DNA of 62,707 nt, counting the filler, from Basidiobolus ranarum (lineage: Eukaryota): the NCBI GenBank assembly GCA_040143965.1. It is 16 parts of 16 records of this genome, joined end to end, with 100 filler letters (N's around TTAATTAATTAA, not from the genome) between each part and the next. Parts side by side here need not be neighbours in the genome. Positions count along the whole stretch, not along the records: positions 35,369 to 39,191 come from JASJQH010002266.1; positions 39,292 to 43,112 come from JASJQH010002267.1; positions 43,213 to 47,033 come from JASJQH010002268.1; positions 47,134 to 50,954 come from JASJQH010002269.1; 12 more parts are not named here. One strand, given 5' to 3'. Under the pieces are notes generated by a model. That model ran no database searches, was not told where the DNA came from, and saw only the letters and a list, made by a program, of their open reading frames with translations. The translations under genes and the position numbers were made by a program. Of the stretch, positions 38,098 to 51,054 are shown one piece after another (position 1 is the stretch's first letter; each line of letters starts with the position of its first letter).

Positions 38098-39292
38098 GAA
38101 GAAATCATCATATATTAGTATCTGGGCTACGCGTTTAAGCATTTGACATTCCAAATCTTGACCCAATCATAATAGAGATTTTATGGCTAACAATATCAAA
38201 ATTTTATCCGTCATTAGTATTCTGCCTGAATCTCATCCAAAGGACAGCCATACAAACATGCTAAACTTTGTACTAATGCACTAGCAGATTTCCACGGTTA
38301 GTTCTTATCAAATACTATTGGTAGCCAAGCATAGAAATAATTATGTGAGGTTCAATTTAGATTAATCATAATTAACTACAATTGGCTTGTTTCACTTGTG
38401 AGCTTCGCTACATTTGAGAATGCCAAGCTGTGAATGAGGATACTCTTATTATACTTACTCTATCTAGACACTGTTCAATTGTATATACCTCGAAAATGAA
38501 ATCTTTAGGAAACGAGAACGCATGCTAAACATGGCATATTTTGATCAAAGTGAGTAAATCCCCTCACTTTTGCAACTCTACAATATTTCGTTAGTACAGT
38601 GCATCTATATATAGCATGTGCCTCTTATTACTCTTACAATTTGCGCGCTGATCAGGAATGAGTGTATTGCTAATCAGCTTGTGTTGTAAGTTTCAAGTGT
38701 TTTTGGGTAGATGGAAAATTAGGTAACGTCCAATACTCGGTATAAAGAATCAACCATCTGTTTCGTTTCTGATCATTAAGCGAATCCTCTTTCGTTGAGG
38801 TTGCCTTCGCTTATCTCGCCACTATGGGAATTTTACTAGAGTGAATCATGTATTTTAGCCTTGTGTCGATGGTGATTTTTTGAATCCTCAAATTTCATTT
38901 CAACTGAATGGTAAGAACCTAGGTACCTAGAGGGGCCTATTTTTTACCGTGATGTTCAACTTATATGCTATCCTGATGGCAGGGAATAGTAAGTCCAATT
39001 ATTTGTGAGTGTCAGCTCCTGCTAATTAGGTGACTCTAATTGCCTATTAGTAAAAATTGAAGCTATAATCCACATCTGCACCTTGATCCTTAGTGTTAGG
39101 GGGATGAAAAGCACCAGATGGTGTGGACTTTATTTAGCTTAAATACTAATCTAAACAAAGTGACAATCAAGACATCAATCTTTTAAGATATNNNNNNNNN
39201 NNNNNNNNNNNNNNNNNNNNNNNNNNNNNNNNNNNTTAATTAATTAANNNNNNNNNNNNNNNNNNNNNNNNNNNNNNNNNNNNNNNNNNNNC

Positions 39293-42200
39293 TCTAGTGA
39301 AACTCAAAGTGAACACAAGTCAAAGAAGAGCAAGCATGCCGAAAGCTCTATTCATCTTTCTAACAAGCAAAACTCTGTAAGCCACGAGGCGAAACCAACC
39401 GAGAAGCCTCACTCTAGTGAATCTCAAAGTGAACGCGAGTCAAAGAAGAGCAAACATGCCGCAAGCTCTGTTCATCCTTCTAGTAAGCATACCTCTGAAA
39501 GCCGTGAGGCAGAACCAACCGAGAAGCATCACTCGAGTGACTCTCAAAGTGAACGCAAGTCAAAGAAGAGCACGCATGCCGAAAGTTCTGCTAATATTTC
39601 TAGCAAGCATAACTCTGAAAGCCATGACGCGAAACCAACCGAGAAGTCTCACTCTAGTGAATCTCAAAGTGATCGCGAGTCAAAGAAGAGCAAACATGCC
39701 GCAAGCTCTGTTCATCCTTCTAGTAAGCATACCTCTGAAAGCCGTGAGGCAGAACCAACCGAGAAGCGTCACTCGAGTGACTCTCAAAGTGAACGCAAGT
39801 CAAAACAGAGCAAGCATGCCGAAAGTTCTATCTATACTTCCAGCCAGCATAACTCTGAAAGCCAGGTGCCGGAACCCACCCAGAAGCCTCACTCTAGTGA
39901 ATTTCAAAGTGAACGCGAGTCAAAGAAGGGGAAACATGCCGAAATTTCTGGTTATACTTCTAGCAAGCCAAACTCTGATAGTCACGAGGTGAAACCAACC
40001 GAGAAGCCTCACTCTAGTGAATTCCAAAGTGAACGCAGGTCAAGGAAGAGCGAAGAGGCCGAAAGCTCTGCTTATCCTTCGAGTAAGCATACCTCTGAAA
40101 GCGGTGAGGCGAAACCAACCTGGAAGCCTCACTCTAGTGAACCTCAAAGTAAACAAGAGCCAAAGAGCAGTCAACATGCTGAAAATTCAACTCATAATTC
40201 TAACTCTAGTGAATCTCACAGTGAACGCGTGTCAAAGAAGAGCGAATATGCCGAAAGCTCTGTTCAACCTTCTAGTAAGAATAGCTCTGAAAACCATGAC
40301 GCGAAATCAACGGAGAAACCTCACTCTAGTGAATCTCACAGTGAACACAAGTCAAAGAAGAGCAAGCATGCCGAAAGCTCTATTCATCTTTCTAACAAGC
40401 CAAACTCTGAAAGTCACGAGGCGAAACCAACCGAGACGCCTCATTCTAGTGAATCTCAAAGTGAACGCGAGTTAAAGAAGAGCAAGCATGCCGAAAGCTC
40501 TGTTCATACTTCTAACAATCATAACTCTGAAAGCCATGACGCAAAACCAACCGAGAAGCCTCACTCTAGTGAATATCAAAGAAAACCCGAGTCACAGAAG
40601 AGCAAACAGGCCGAAACTTCTGTTTATACTTTTAGCAAGCAAAACTCTCAAGGCCACGAGGCGAAACCAACTGAGAAGCCTCACTCTAGCGAATCTCAAA
40701 GTGAACGCAAGTCAAAACAGAGCAAGCATGCCGAAAGTTCTATGCATACTTCCAGCAAGCATAACTCTGAAAGCCAAAAGGCGAAACCAACTGAGAAACC
40801 TCACTCTAGTGGATCTCAAAGTGGACGCCAGTCAAAGAAGAGCGAACATGCCGAAAGCTCTGTTCAACTTTCTAGTAAGCATAGCTCTGAAAACCATGAC
40901 GCGAAACCAACGGAGAAGCCTCACTCTAGGGAATCCCATAGTGGACACGAGTCAAAGAGCAGTCAACATGATGACACTCCAGCCCATTTTACTATCAAGC
41001 ATATGTTAACTGATAAGAAACATTATTCCACCCATTCTGTCGCCACTCCTTCTGAATCTCCTACAGTAATCACCCCTGGATCACAATGCACGAAATCGTT
41101 TTGCTCTGAGAATTTGCAAAATATCTATGTATGTTACGAGAAAAAGATATTGAGAATCGAAGAATGTTACGCTGGCCAATATTGTGACGATACCTTCAAC
41201 CCTCCTATATGCATGCAAGGTAAACCTCCAATCACATTGACCAAATCGTTTAAGACCAAGCACAACTCTGAAAGCCACGAGGCGAAACCGACCGAGAAGC
41301 CTCACTCTAGTGAATCTCACAGTGAACGCGTGTCAAAGAAGAGCAAACATGCCGAAAGCTCTGTTCATACCTCTAGCAAACATAACTTTGAAAGCCGTGA
41401 GGCGAAACCAACAAGGAAGCCTCACCCGAGTGAACCTCAAAGTGAACACGAGTCAAGGAGTAGTGAGCATGATGAAAGTTCTGTTCTTCCTACTCGCAAG
41501 CATAACTCTGAAAGTGATGATACAAAACCAACCGAGAAGCCTCACTCTAGAGAGTCTAAAAGTGAACACGAGTCAAAGAATAGTGAGCATGAGGAAAGTT
41601 CTGTTCATTATTCAAGCAAATCTCATGCTGAAAGCCATGCCGGGAAACCAACCAAAAAATCTCACTCTAGTGCATCTCAAGGTAAACACGAATCGAAGAC
41701 CAGCAAATATGTTAAAGGTTCAGTCCATCCATCTGGCAAGTATTCCTCTGAAAGCCATGAAGTGAAACCAACCGAGAAGCCTCACAGTAGGGAGTCTCAA
41801 AGTGAGCAAGATGAACGTTCTGTTCATCCTTCGAGCAAATCTGATGTTAAAAGCCGTACCGCGAAAACAACCGAGAAACCTCATTCTAGTGAATCACAGG
41901 GTGAACACAAGTCGAAGAGTGGTGTGCACGATGAAAGTTCTGTTCATCCTACTCGCAAGCACCACTCGGAAAGCGATGACACAAAACCAACCGAGAAGTC
42001 TCACTCTAGAGAGTCTCAAAGTGATCACAAGTCAAAGAGTAGTGAGCATGATAAAAGTTCCGTTTATTATTCAAGCAAATCTCATACTGAAAGCTATACC
42101 GCGAAACCAACCGAGAAATCCCACTCTAGTGCATCTCAAGGTAAACACGAATCGAAGACGAGCGAACATGTTAAAGGTCCAGTCCATCCTTCTGGCAAGT

Positions 42201-43112
42201 CTTCCTCTGAAAGCCATGAAGCGAAACAAACCGAGAAGCCTCACAGTAGGGTGTCTCAAGGTGAACGCAAGCCAAAGAGCAGTGAGGATGATGAGAGTTC
42301 TGTTCATCCTACTCGCAAGCATAAATTTGAAAGTGATGATACAAAAACAACCGAGAAACCTCACTCTAGAGAGTCTAAAAGTGAACACGAGTCAAAGAGT
42401 GGTGAGCATGATGGAAGTTCTGTTCATCATTCAACCAACACTCATGCTGAAAGCCATACCGCGAAACCAACCGAGAAACCCCACTCTCGCGAATCTCAAG
42501 GTAAATACGAGTCCAAGAAGAGCGAATATGTTAAAAGTTCAGTCCATTCTTCTGGCAAGTCTTCCTCTGACAGCCATGAGGTGAAACCAACCGAGAAGCC
42601 TCACAATAGGGAGTCTCCAAGTGAACACAAGGCGAAGAGTAGTGAGCATGATGAACGTTCTGTTCATCCTTCGAGCAAATCTGATGTTGAAAGCCATGTC
42701 GCGAAAACAACAGAGAAGCCTCACTCTAGTGAATCCCTAGGTGAACACAAGTCGAAGACGAGTGAACATGTTAAAAGTTCAGTTCATCATTCTGGCAAGT
42801 CTTCCTCTGAAAGTCACGATGTGATACCAACTGAGAAACCTCATTCTAATGAATCTCAAGGTGAACACAAGTCGAAGAGTGATGTGCACGATGAAAGTTC
42901 TGTTCATCCTACTCGCAAGCACAATTCTGAAAGCGATGACACAAAACCAACCGAGAAGTCTCACTCTAGAGAGTCTAAAAGTGAACACGAGTCAAAAAGT
43001 AGTGAGCATGATGGAAGTTCTGTTCATCATTCAACCAATTCTCATGCTGAAAACCATACCGCGAAACCAACCGAGAAACCTCACTCTAGCGAATCGCAAG
43101 GTAAATACGAGT
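39293..43112 (+). CDS. Internal part of a very large Ser/His/Glu/Lys-rich 40-aa tandem-repeat protein with one embedded 6-Cys module
   Basis: One frame is open across the whole contig. 120-nt unit KPTEKPHSSESQSERESKKSKHAESSVHTSSKHNSESHEA. Cys module at 41087-41212. Confidence 0.9.
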
Positions 43113-43339
43113 NNNNNNNNNNNNNNNNNNNNNNNNNNNNNNNNNNNNNNNNNNNNTTAATTAATTAANNNNNNNNNNNNNNNNNNNNNNNNNNNNNNNN
43201 NNNNNNNNNNNNTCTAAGCACATCTAATAGTTCTATTTCATAGCAAACTATAAATAGGAGTTTATTCAAATCAATAAAACCTGAGTGTCTAATGCCCAAA
43301 ACCAAGTCTTGTATGACACACTTGCAACTCCCCTGAACA

Positions 43340-44295
43340 CTTTTAAAACAAATCCATTGAGTATTTTGCTCTGATTCAATTGGATCCATATGGGCCCATG
43401 AAAAACATCTCACCAGTTGGCAAAAGGTACCTTACAACCATTATTGATTAGAAACAAGATATACTTGGGTATTTTTCCTTAAATTGAAGTCTGAAGCCTT
43501 AGCCATGTTCAAGCACTACAGAGCAATGATAGATAAAGAATCAGTGCAATAAACAATGGTTCTAAGGAGTGCTAATGTTGAAGAAAATTGATCAAAAGAC
43601 ATTGCTATTCTTTGTTTTGAACCTGGAATTAAGCAAATAGCTACTTTACTGCAAACTCCATAGCAAAATAGAGTTGCACAGCATGCTAATAGGACTATAA
43701 TGAAGATGGCCTATCAGTGTAGCTTTATCCAAAGCTAGATTACTAATATTGAGTTGAATCTTTCTCCACTAAGATCTATATAAAAAACAGATGCCCAACA
43801 CAATTGTGACATAGTTCCACTCCATTTAAAGCCTTGCATGGAACAAAATCAAAAGTGGATCATGTTGAGATCTTTGGTCAGACAGCATATTGTTTAATTC
43901 CAGCTCAAAAGCATCCTAAATTGGACCCTAAAAGCAGCAAGTTCATATTTCTTAGTAATTGTTAAGGATCTAGGGCATACAGACTGTTTGATACCAAAAA
44001 CCTGTAGTTAAATAAGTGCAGAGATGAGCTTTTGAGGAAAAACCATATTCTCCCCTCAAATCAAAGTTCAAGAGCCAGAAAACACAATCAGCACTAGTTA
44101 GGTAGGGTGTCATGAAATTCAAGCTGTATCTCAGCCAAATTCAACAAAAATTCTAGTGCCAACTACAGCTGATTATTCAGGACCTACAGGATCATCCGGA
44201 AGGAGGAAAAAGCACATAAACTTGTGGAGCACTTCCAATGATGATGACTATGCATATTCAGAGTTCTGTGACAAGCCACAGACTCTAGATTAAGC
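43340..44295 (+). mobile_element. Decayed Ty1/copia integrase region
   Basis: GPM.N.SP, FKHYRAM, A.HANRTIMKMA, KLDPKS.K.IF relics. Homologous to 59560-60480. Confidence 0.85.
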
Positions 44296-47033
44296 TCTCA
44301 AGTGTTGAGTATTAAAATTAGGGGAAAAAGCAATGTCAGATGAGTTTTCTTTACTTCAGCACAATTAAGCATGGGTTTTAGCTTCTCTATTGTCATAAAT
44401 GCTTCTAAATCATTTGTAACTATGATTACGTCATCTACATATAGTACGAAGATAAGGATCCTGATTCTGGTTGTTTTGTTATAAAAACTGTGATCTGCTA
44501 TGCATTTTAGGAATTCCAGTGACTCCAAATAGGTATCAGTCTCATTGTATCATGCTCTGGGCGCTTGCTTTGGTCCATATAGTAATTTTTACAGCTTTCA
44601 GATCATATCAAAGTGTTTTGGGTCAATTAATTCATCTGGTTGCTGCATACAGATCTTTTCTTCTAGATTTTCATTCATAGAGGCAGTTTTTACATCCATT
44701 ATATGTAAGGCAAGGTTATGGATGGCTGAGAGTGCTAAAATTGTCAAAATGAAGCTAAATGTATCTACCAGAGCAAATGTTGCACTAAAATCAACTCCTG
44801 GAGTTTGGGAATAACCCATTGCCACTTATCATGTTTTGTATCACTGTATGGTTCCATCAGCTTGGTTTTTGACTTTATAGACTTGTGTGCAACCTATGAG
44901 CTTTCTTCCTGTTGGTAGAGGACTTCAAGCCCATGTTTATTTTGTTGAAGTGAAGGTAACTCATCAGACATTGCTTTTTCCAACAATTTTAACTCAGGAC
45001 ACTTTGAGCTGGATTTAGAGTTTGTGGCATATCACAGAATACCACATAAGCATTTACATCACCATTCAAAGTGTATGTCAACTTCCCTGGCTTATTTCTC
45101 CTTCTAGATGATCTTCTAGGTCCTAAATGATCCTCTAATGTAATTGGGGCTGAAATTTTGGCTGAATTGGGCTCAAATTCAGCTGGAATCTGGCCAGACA
45201 CTTCCTGAAAACTGCAGGTTGTAATTTCTGGATCAATAACTATGATTTGAGATGAAAAATATGCTTTTTTGTCAAAAATCACATCTCTGCACTCAGTTAA
45301 CTTCTGATTTTTGATATCAAACTGTCTGTAGGCCTTAGATCCATCACAGTTACCCAAAAATATGCTTTTCTGCTTTTGGGTTCCAATTGAGAGCATTTTG
45401 AGCTGGAGCTAGGTACTATGCTGTGCAACCAAAAATCTTGAAGTAATCCACACTTAGTTATGATCTATATAGGGCTACAAATGGAGTAGATTTTGTGGCA
45501 ATCTTGTTAGGGCTCTGTTTTTGCTATAGACTGCAATGGAGATATATTCTGCCCAATATTGATAATCTAACCTTTGATCATATGATATTGAGCTTGCCAT
45601 CTTCACTATGGTGCTAATAGCATATTCCATGACTCCATTTTGAGGTGGAGTATAAGGTATTGTAGTATGTTGGTTAATTCCAAATTTAGAACTGAGACTT
45701 GCAAAGTCTTTAGAGCAGTATTCCCCACTATTCTCACTCCTAAGCACCCTTATTTTTTGTGTTTAATCTTTGTTTACCATTGTTCTGTTTTGCTTGAATG
45801 TAGCTAACATCTCAAAAATGGATTTGAGAAAGAAGACCTAAATATATCTTGTTTTGTTATTGATAAAGATCATAGAGTACCTTTTGCTGCCTGGTGAGAC
45901 ATTTTTCATGGGCCAACATAGGTTACAATAAATTAGGGCAAAGTTCTGAGTGGATTTGATCTCTCCAGAGCTCGAAAACAGCTGTCCATGATGTTTCTAT
46001 ATATGCAATCTTCTCACAGATCCAATTTAGTGGTATTTTTAATTTCTAAACCCAAGACAAGCTGAATTTGTTTCATTTCAGCACGTTTTTGATCCCCTAT
46101 GTGCCATAATCTTTAATGCCATGTTTGACAGCTTATTTCACTGGTTTTGCCAAGTTTGCATGCTCAGAATGTGTATGTTCATGTTTAGCTTGTATAAGTT
46201 TAGAGTTTTGATCCCAGGAGCTAATTTGATATTATTTTGTTCTGTGATAGTGCATTCAGCCTTTCTACACACCAAATTTAGTCAGTGAGTTGTTGCTTGG
46301 CTTACCAAGAATATATTTTTGGCCATATTTGGTAAACAGAATACATCATCCAGTTTTCCAGATGGTGTAGATGAATTTTGGTCCAAATTAAGTACAACAG
46401 TGCCCTTGCCAATTGCATCTGGTGCATAGTCATCACCCAAGTAGACTTTCTTTGTTTGGATAGGTTTTAAGCTGGAAAGCCAATCTTTCTTGTTTGACAA
46501 GTACTGAAAAGCTCCTGAACCAATGTACAGCATTTCTGGGTCTTCCTTAGTGGTTACTGATGGGGCAGACATAAATAGATGCTCTCTATCAGCTCTTACT
46601 TGATTTGCTTGTTCCAATCCTAGCTTTTTGGCAAAAATCCTTTCACTGCAATCCTTGATTAAATGGCCTGCTTTGTTGCAATACTTACAGATGCTTGATT
46701 TCCTATTAGGTGTGCCATTATTGGCACCGGTTGGATGTTCTCCTGCTCCAAAAAGATCTGATCTGCATAATTTTGCTGAGAATTGCATCTCCTTAATTCC
46801 TCATTCAAAAGCCTAGGACTAACATATTCCATTGTCAATGGCGCTTATCTTGATTCCAGGGCAGTTATGAGGTTAAGTCATCTTCAGTTAGAGGTGTTTC
46901 AATGAATAAGAGCTAAACTACTGTAGTTTTACTGACTTTATGATTAGCCATAGCGTCATCAGAATTCATCAGAATTGAGAATAATCTTTTCCTAAAATGT
47001 ATCCTATTAGCTAGACTTTTAATCTCATATAGT
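44296..47033 (-). mobile_element. Decayed Ty1/copia gag-protease-integrase-RT
   Basis: CKYCNKAGHLIKDC knuckle, LRSENSGEY, PYTPPQNGV, GYSQTPGVDF.ATFA, MDVKTA, LYVDD. Confidence 0.93.
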
Positions 47034-47789
47034 NNNNNNNNNNNNNNNNNNNNNNNNNNNNNNNNNNNNNNNNNNNNTTAATTAATTAANNNNNNNNNNN
47101 NNNNNNNNNNNNNNNNNNNNNNNNNNNNNNNNNAATAAAGATTGGATGCATGGCCAAAGTTGACCACAAGCGCTAATGATGATACAAATCCTATACTTGA
47201 CAATTTATCCGCAGTGGAGGATCATGGCACCTGGTGTATGAATTAGCTAATACCTGGATTGAAGGCTACTTGATGGACGTGTGAGATCTCAGCGGCGATG
47301 ACTTCCCCCCATCTATAAATACATCGGAGCAGCTGCTGCTACTTGTCTACGTGCTTCCACCAATGCTCCTGACTTCGTATCCAGGCCGTGGAGAGAGAGT
47401 ATGCTGAACCTCGGCCTTGGTGAGCAAATTGATGCCAACTTGCCAAGGCATTAAGAACAATGAGAATTGGATCAACGTTCGGAGATCAGCTGCTGGCTGT
47501 ATACAAGGCTATGATTGATTGGTGTTTCCTCATGGAATCTAAACAATCCAACACCGACTATATCCACCATCTGCAGTTGAAGTGAATTCCAGAATTTTTC
47601 CTATACTACTAGTTTGGGCGATTTTCAGACGAGGAGGACGTCAACATAAAAGTAAACACTGAAAAAATACCATTGGTCCTATAAAAATTGGAAAAATTTG
47701 TGGTAACAATAAGCTTTTCTCCTTGTAATCTCGATTTCTCCTTTGTTTTGAAGAATTCGCTTAGTCTACGTACATAAACTCACTTGAAA

Positions 47790-48688
47790 ATGAGTATTGT
47801 TAACATTACCAATGTTCAAGTATTGGACAACCCAACATTATTTCGTAATCCATATCAGTTTGAAGTCACTTTTGAGTGCATCGCTCCTTTACAAGAAGGT
47901 AAAACAATTTACACGTTTCTGCCTTTAAATCATTTTTAATGTTTGTTTTTTCGTTCAAAAGATCTCGAGTGGAAACTTATCTACGTAGGTTCGGCTGAGA
48001 ATTTGCATTTCGACCAAGTTTTGGATTCTATTTTAGTTGGTCCAGTCCCAGTAGGTGTAAATAAGTTTGTGTTTCAGGTGAGCCATTATTTGTTGGAACC
48101 ATCCTTTCTATCAGTAGAGACTAATCCTCAATCCCTCCTTAGGCTGAGCCACCTAAACCAGATCTTATTCCTCAGGAAGATATACTGGGAGTGACCGTTA
48201 TCCTTCTCACCTGCTCATATAGAGAACGTGAATTTGTCCGAGTTGGCTACTATGTAAACAATGAATATATGGATGAGGAACTAAAAGAGACCCCACCCGA
48301 AAAAGTTGAATTTGACAAACTCTATCGTAACATATTGGCAGAAAAGCCTCGTGTCACTAGATTCCCTATTGCCTGGTAAGTAACTGCTTTCTTTGAGTAT
48401 TTTCCAACGTAAACTAAAGAAATTCGTAGGGATAATCCGGAAGCCGATCAAACTGAAGCTTCTGCTAATCCTGAAGAAAACGGGGAAAAAGCTGAGGAGG
48501 TCAGCGGGCTAGATGAAGATCCTATGGAAGAAGAGGAAGAAATTGAAGAGGATGAGGAAGAAGAAGAGGGGGATGATGCTGAGGAGGAGGAGCTAATAGA
48601 TGAAGAAGATATTGAAGAGGAGGAGGAGCTTGATGACGATGAAGGAGCGGACGGAGAGCCAAGTAAAGATGAACCCTCTCAGGAATAG
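47790..48688 (+). CDS. ASF1: Histone chaperone ASF1 (exons 47790-47898, 47962-48077, 48143-48375, 48430-48688)
   Basis: [15 protein letters not shown]...FEVTFEC...[13 protein letters not shown]...[23 protein letters not shown]...[13 protein letters not shown]...[12 protein letters not shown] plus an acidic tail. Three GT-AG introns keep the frame. Confidence 0.96.
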
Positions 48689-49399
48689 CTATTTTGTTTC
48701 TAGCATTTTTTCATTCCGTGTATTAGCCGATTTCGACTTAATTTGTTCTCTTTTTTGTAATGTACAATTTCTCTCTCTTCTATGGTCTTAGATATACACA
48801 AACTATTTGTTTACTCTTTACAACTACTAAATATACATCATCTGACTTGTGAAAAAGTCACTAGCACTAGTCCACTTGACTTAAAAATTTTAAACATTCA
48901 TCATTAGGTATCGCCTATATTTTCTTACAGCTCGTGAAAACTGGGGCTACTTTTGCTATGATGAAAATAGAATGAAAATAAAAAGATTAAGAAACAACCA
49001 AGGTTTATAGTTTAGTGTTGTGAAAGACAAGAAATGTCACCAAGTAGGCGACTGAGACTTCAAATATATTAATATATAATGATTTGCCATTAGAATAAAA
49101 GATTACTTGTGATTTGTTTGATATCGCCAATTTGCCTTCGATTAATACTTTTGAATTTCGAAGAATACACAAATAAAGTCTATTTTTATGCGTATATATT
49201 AATACTACAATGCTACACAAAAGTGCATGTTAAAAGATATTTGAAATTTCAAGTCAAACAATTATGATAAGTTATTCCATATTGGCTTTATTCATCATTC
49301 AGCTACAAAGAATTTACTACGCTCAGAAAGTAGGACGAAGCGTTGGATATGCACCACCAGTGCTAGACACCAATGGTCCAGTATACCTGATCCATCCGC

Positions 49400-50076
49400 T
49401 TAAACGCGGGAAGGATACATCATCACACGGACAGAGGCTCCGAAAGAATGGGCTGGCAAGTTACTTCTGAACTTGGCTTTGACAACACCAGAGTTACCGT
49501 GAGGACGGGTGACACGACCCCAGATCACACGGACCTTAGATCCGTTGATCTCACGCTTGGCACGGTAGATGTAGGCGACTCTCTTGCCGAGGTAGAATTG
49601 AGTGTCTTCCTTGGTGGCGACATTCTCCAATTGAACCAAGGAGGTGTTGACTCTTTGGTTACGCTTGGCGCGCTTGAATCCTAAGAAGCGACCCTTGGTG
49701 TAAAGACTAGTAAAAGTGGGTACGAAAGTAACCGTTGGTTAGTCATCTATGGCATATCATGGTACACTACTTTGTCTTACGACATCCATCCTTTCGCTCG
49801 TTCTTTCTCTCACTCTCTCATTCACCACAGCCTCGTATCGGACTGACATTTACGTCGCCCCTCTTCATCAAAAGGCTTTCTTTCATTACTTCTAAGGTGA
49901 CTGCTGATACAGTCTCCACTGTAGCCTGTGTCTCGCCTGCATTTCTTTCATTATCGACTTTGAATGCTCCCTCAGCACACTCTTCCTCTTTCTCGACTGA
50001 GCTTTTGGATGGATGAAAGTAAAAGACAAATGATAACACTATATTGAACACTTACTTACCGAACTGGTTGAGCCAT
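49400..50076 (-). CDS. RPL33: 60S ribosomal protein eL33 (L35a/L33), 107 aa; exons 50076-50060 and 49706-49400
   Basis: [18 protein letters not shown]...[11 protein letters not shown]...[25 protein letters not shown]...[14 protein letters not shown] donor, ACTAAC branch point, TAG acceptor. Confidence 0.96.
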
Positions 50077-51054
50077 TGTAAGTCAAGTTTCTTTCCAACT
50101 AACTGGGGTGGAATTAGAAGAGGAAGAAAGAGGAGAGTAGACTGGCTACTCTTTACCCTTAATTCCCACTATTTTTTATTCTCTATGATTGGTCGATCTG
50201 TAACCAGGTATTTTTATCACAAATACTACTCAAAATTTGTATATTCATACTTAGTTTTTTTCTTGTACTTAGTCACAACTCGATTTATATTTTCGATTCA
50301 GTGGATAAGGAGTGGAAAGCAAAATTTTGATGATAAAAAAACAATTTGTAGAAAAATCAGATTAATATATTAAATCTACGGTTTTTGGCTAAATCAAAAT
50401 TTTCAAACGTGAAATTACTCTTTTATTAGCGTGCTTTAAAATGTTCTCGCTATTTCCAGTAGTGCGCTTTTCGAGTATTTTCGTGGAGATCTGTAAGAAA
50501 CGGGTTGATTTCATTTATGATTTTGTGCTATAAGCTGATTATTTTAACTAAACAACTAAAACTTCTAAAAGAGCCACACTGTAAAATGTCTCTTCTCTGA
50601 TCATAAATAATGGTAAATATTGCGAAATGGGAAAGCAAGTAGAGAAGTAGCTTGACCATTTTCTTTCGTTATCATGGTACATATATCGGAAGTAGAAATA
50701 AAGTGTAGTGAGCTTTATATTTACCGAACCATTGAAACTCGTTTTGCTGGTTGAAGTGATAGCTTATAATGTTTGATTATCATTATATGTTGTATGCGGG
50801 GATACTCCTTATTTCCCGTTAACAATAAGGTACATTTATTATCGAAACTCACCTTTGAAATCTGGTAGCTATTAAACTGGACTGTATAGCCTGTAATAAT
50901 AGTAATCATGACTGCTTTTATCGTGATTATGTAGATATATCATAATATTCACGTNNNNNNNNNNNNNNNNNNNNNNNNNNNNNNNNNNNNNNNNNNNNTT
51001 AATTAATTAANNNNNNNNNNNNNNNNNNNNNNNNNNNNNNNNNNNNNNNNNNNN

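Noticed and set aside
39417-43160. Many overlapping alternative-frame and antisense ORFs (also 21811-23547 and 15331-15685)
   Set aside because: Shadow ORFs produced by the low-complexity repeats of the real reading frame.
49785-49848. Alternative RPL33 starts (MSVR with an AT donor, or MS with a GTAAGA donor)
   Set aside because: A better exon 1 (MAQPVR, ACA-ATG context, GTAAGT donor, correct phase) lies at 50076-50060.
49707-50059. Box C/D snoRNA in the RPL33 intron
   Set aside because: A TGATGA is present but no downstream CTGA box D or terminal stem was found. An Infernal scan is needed.
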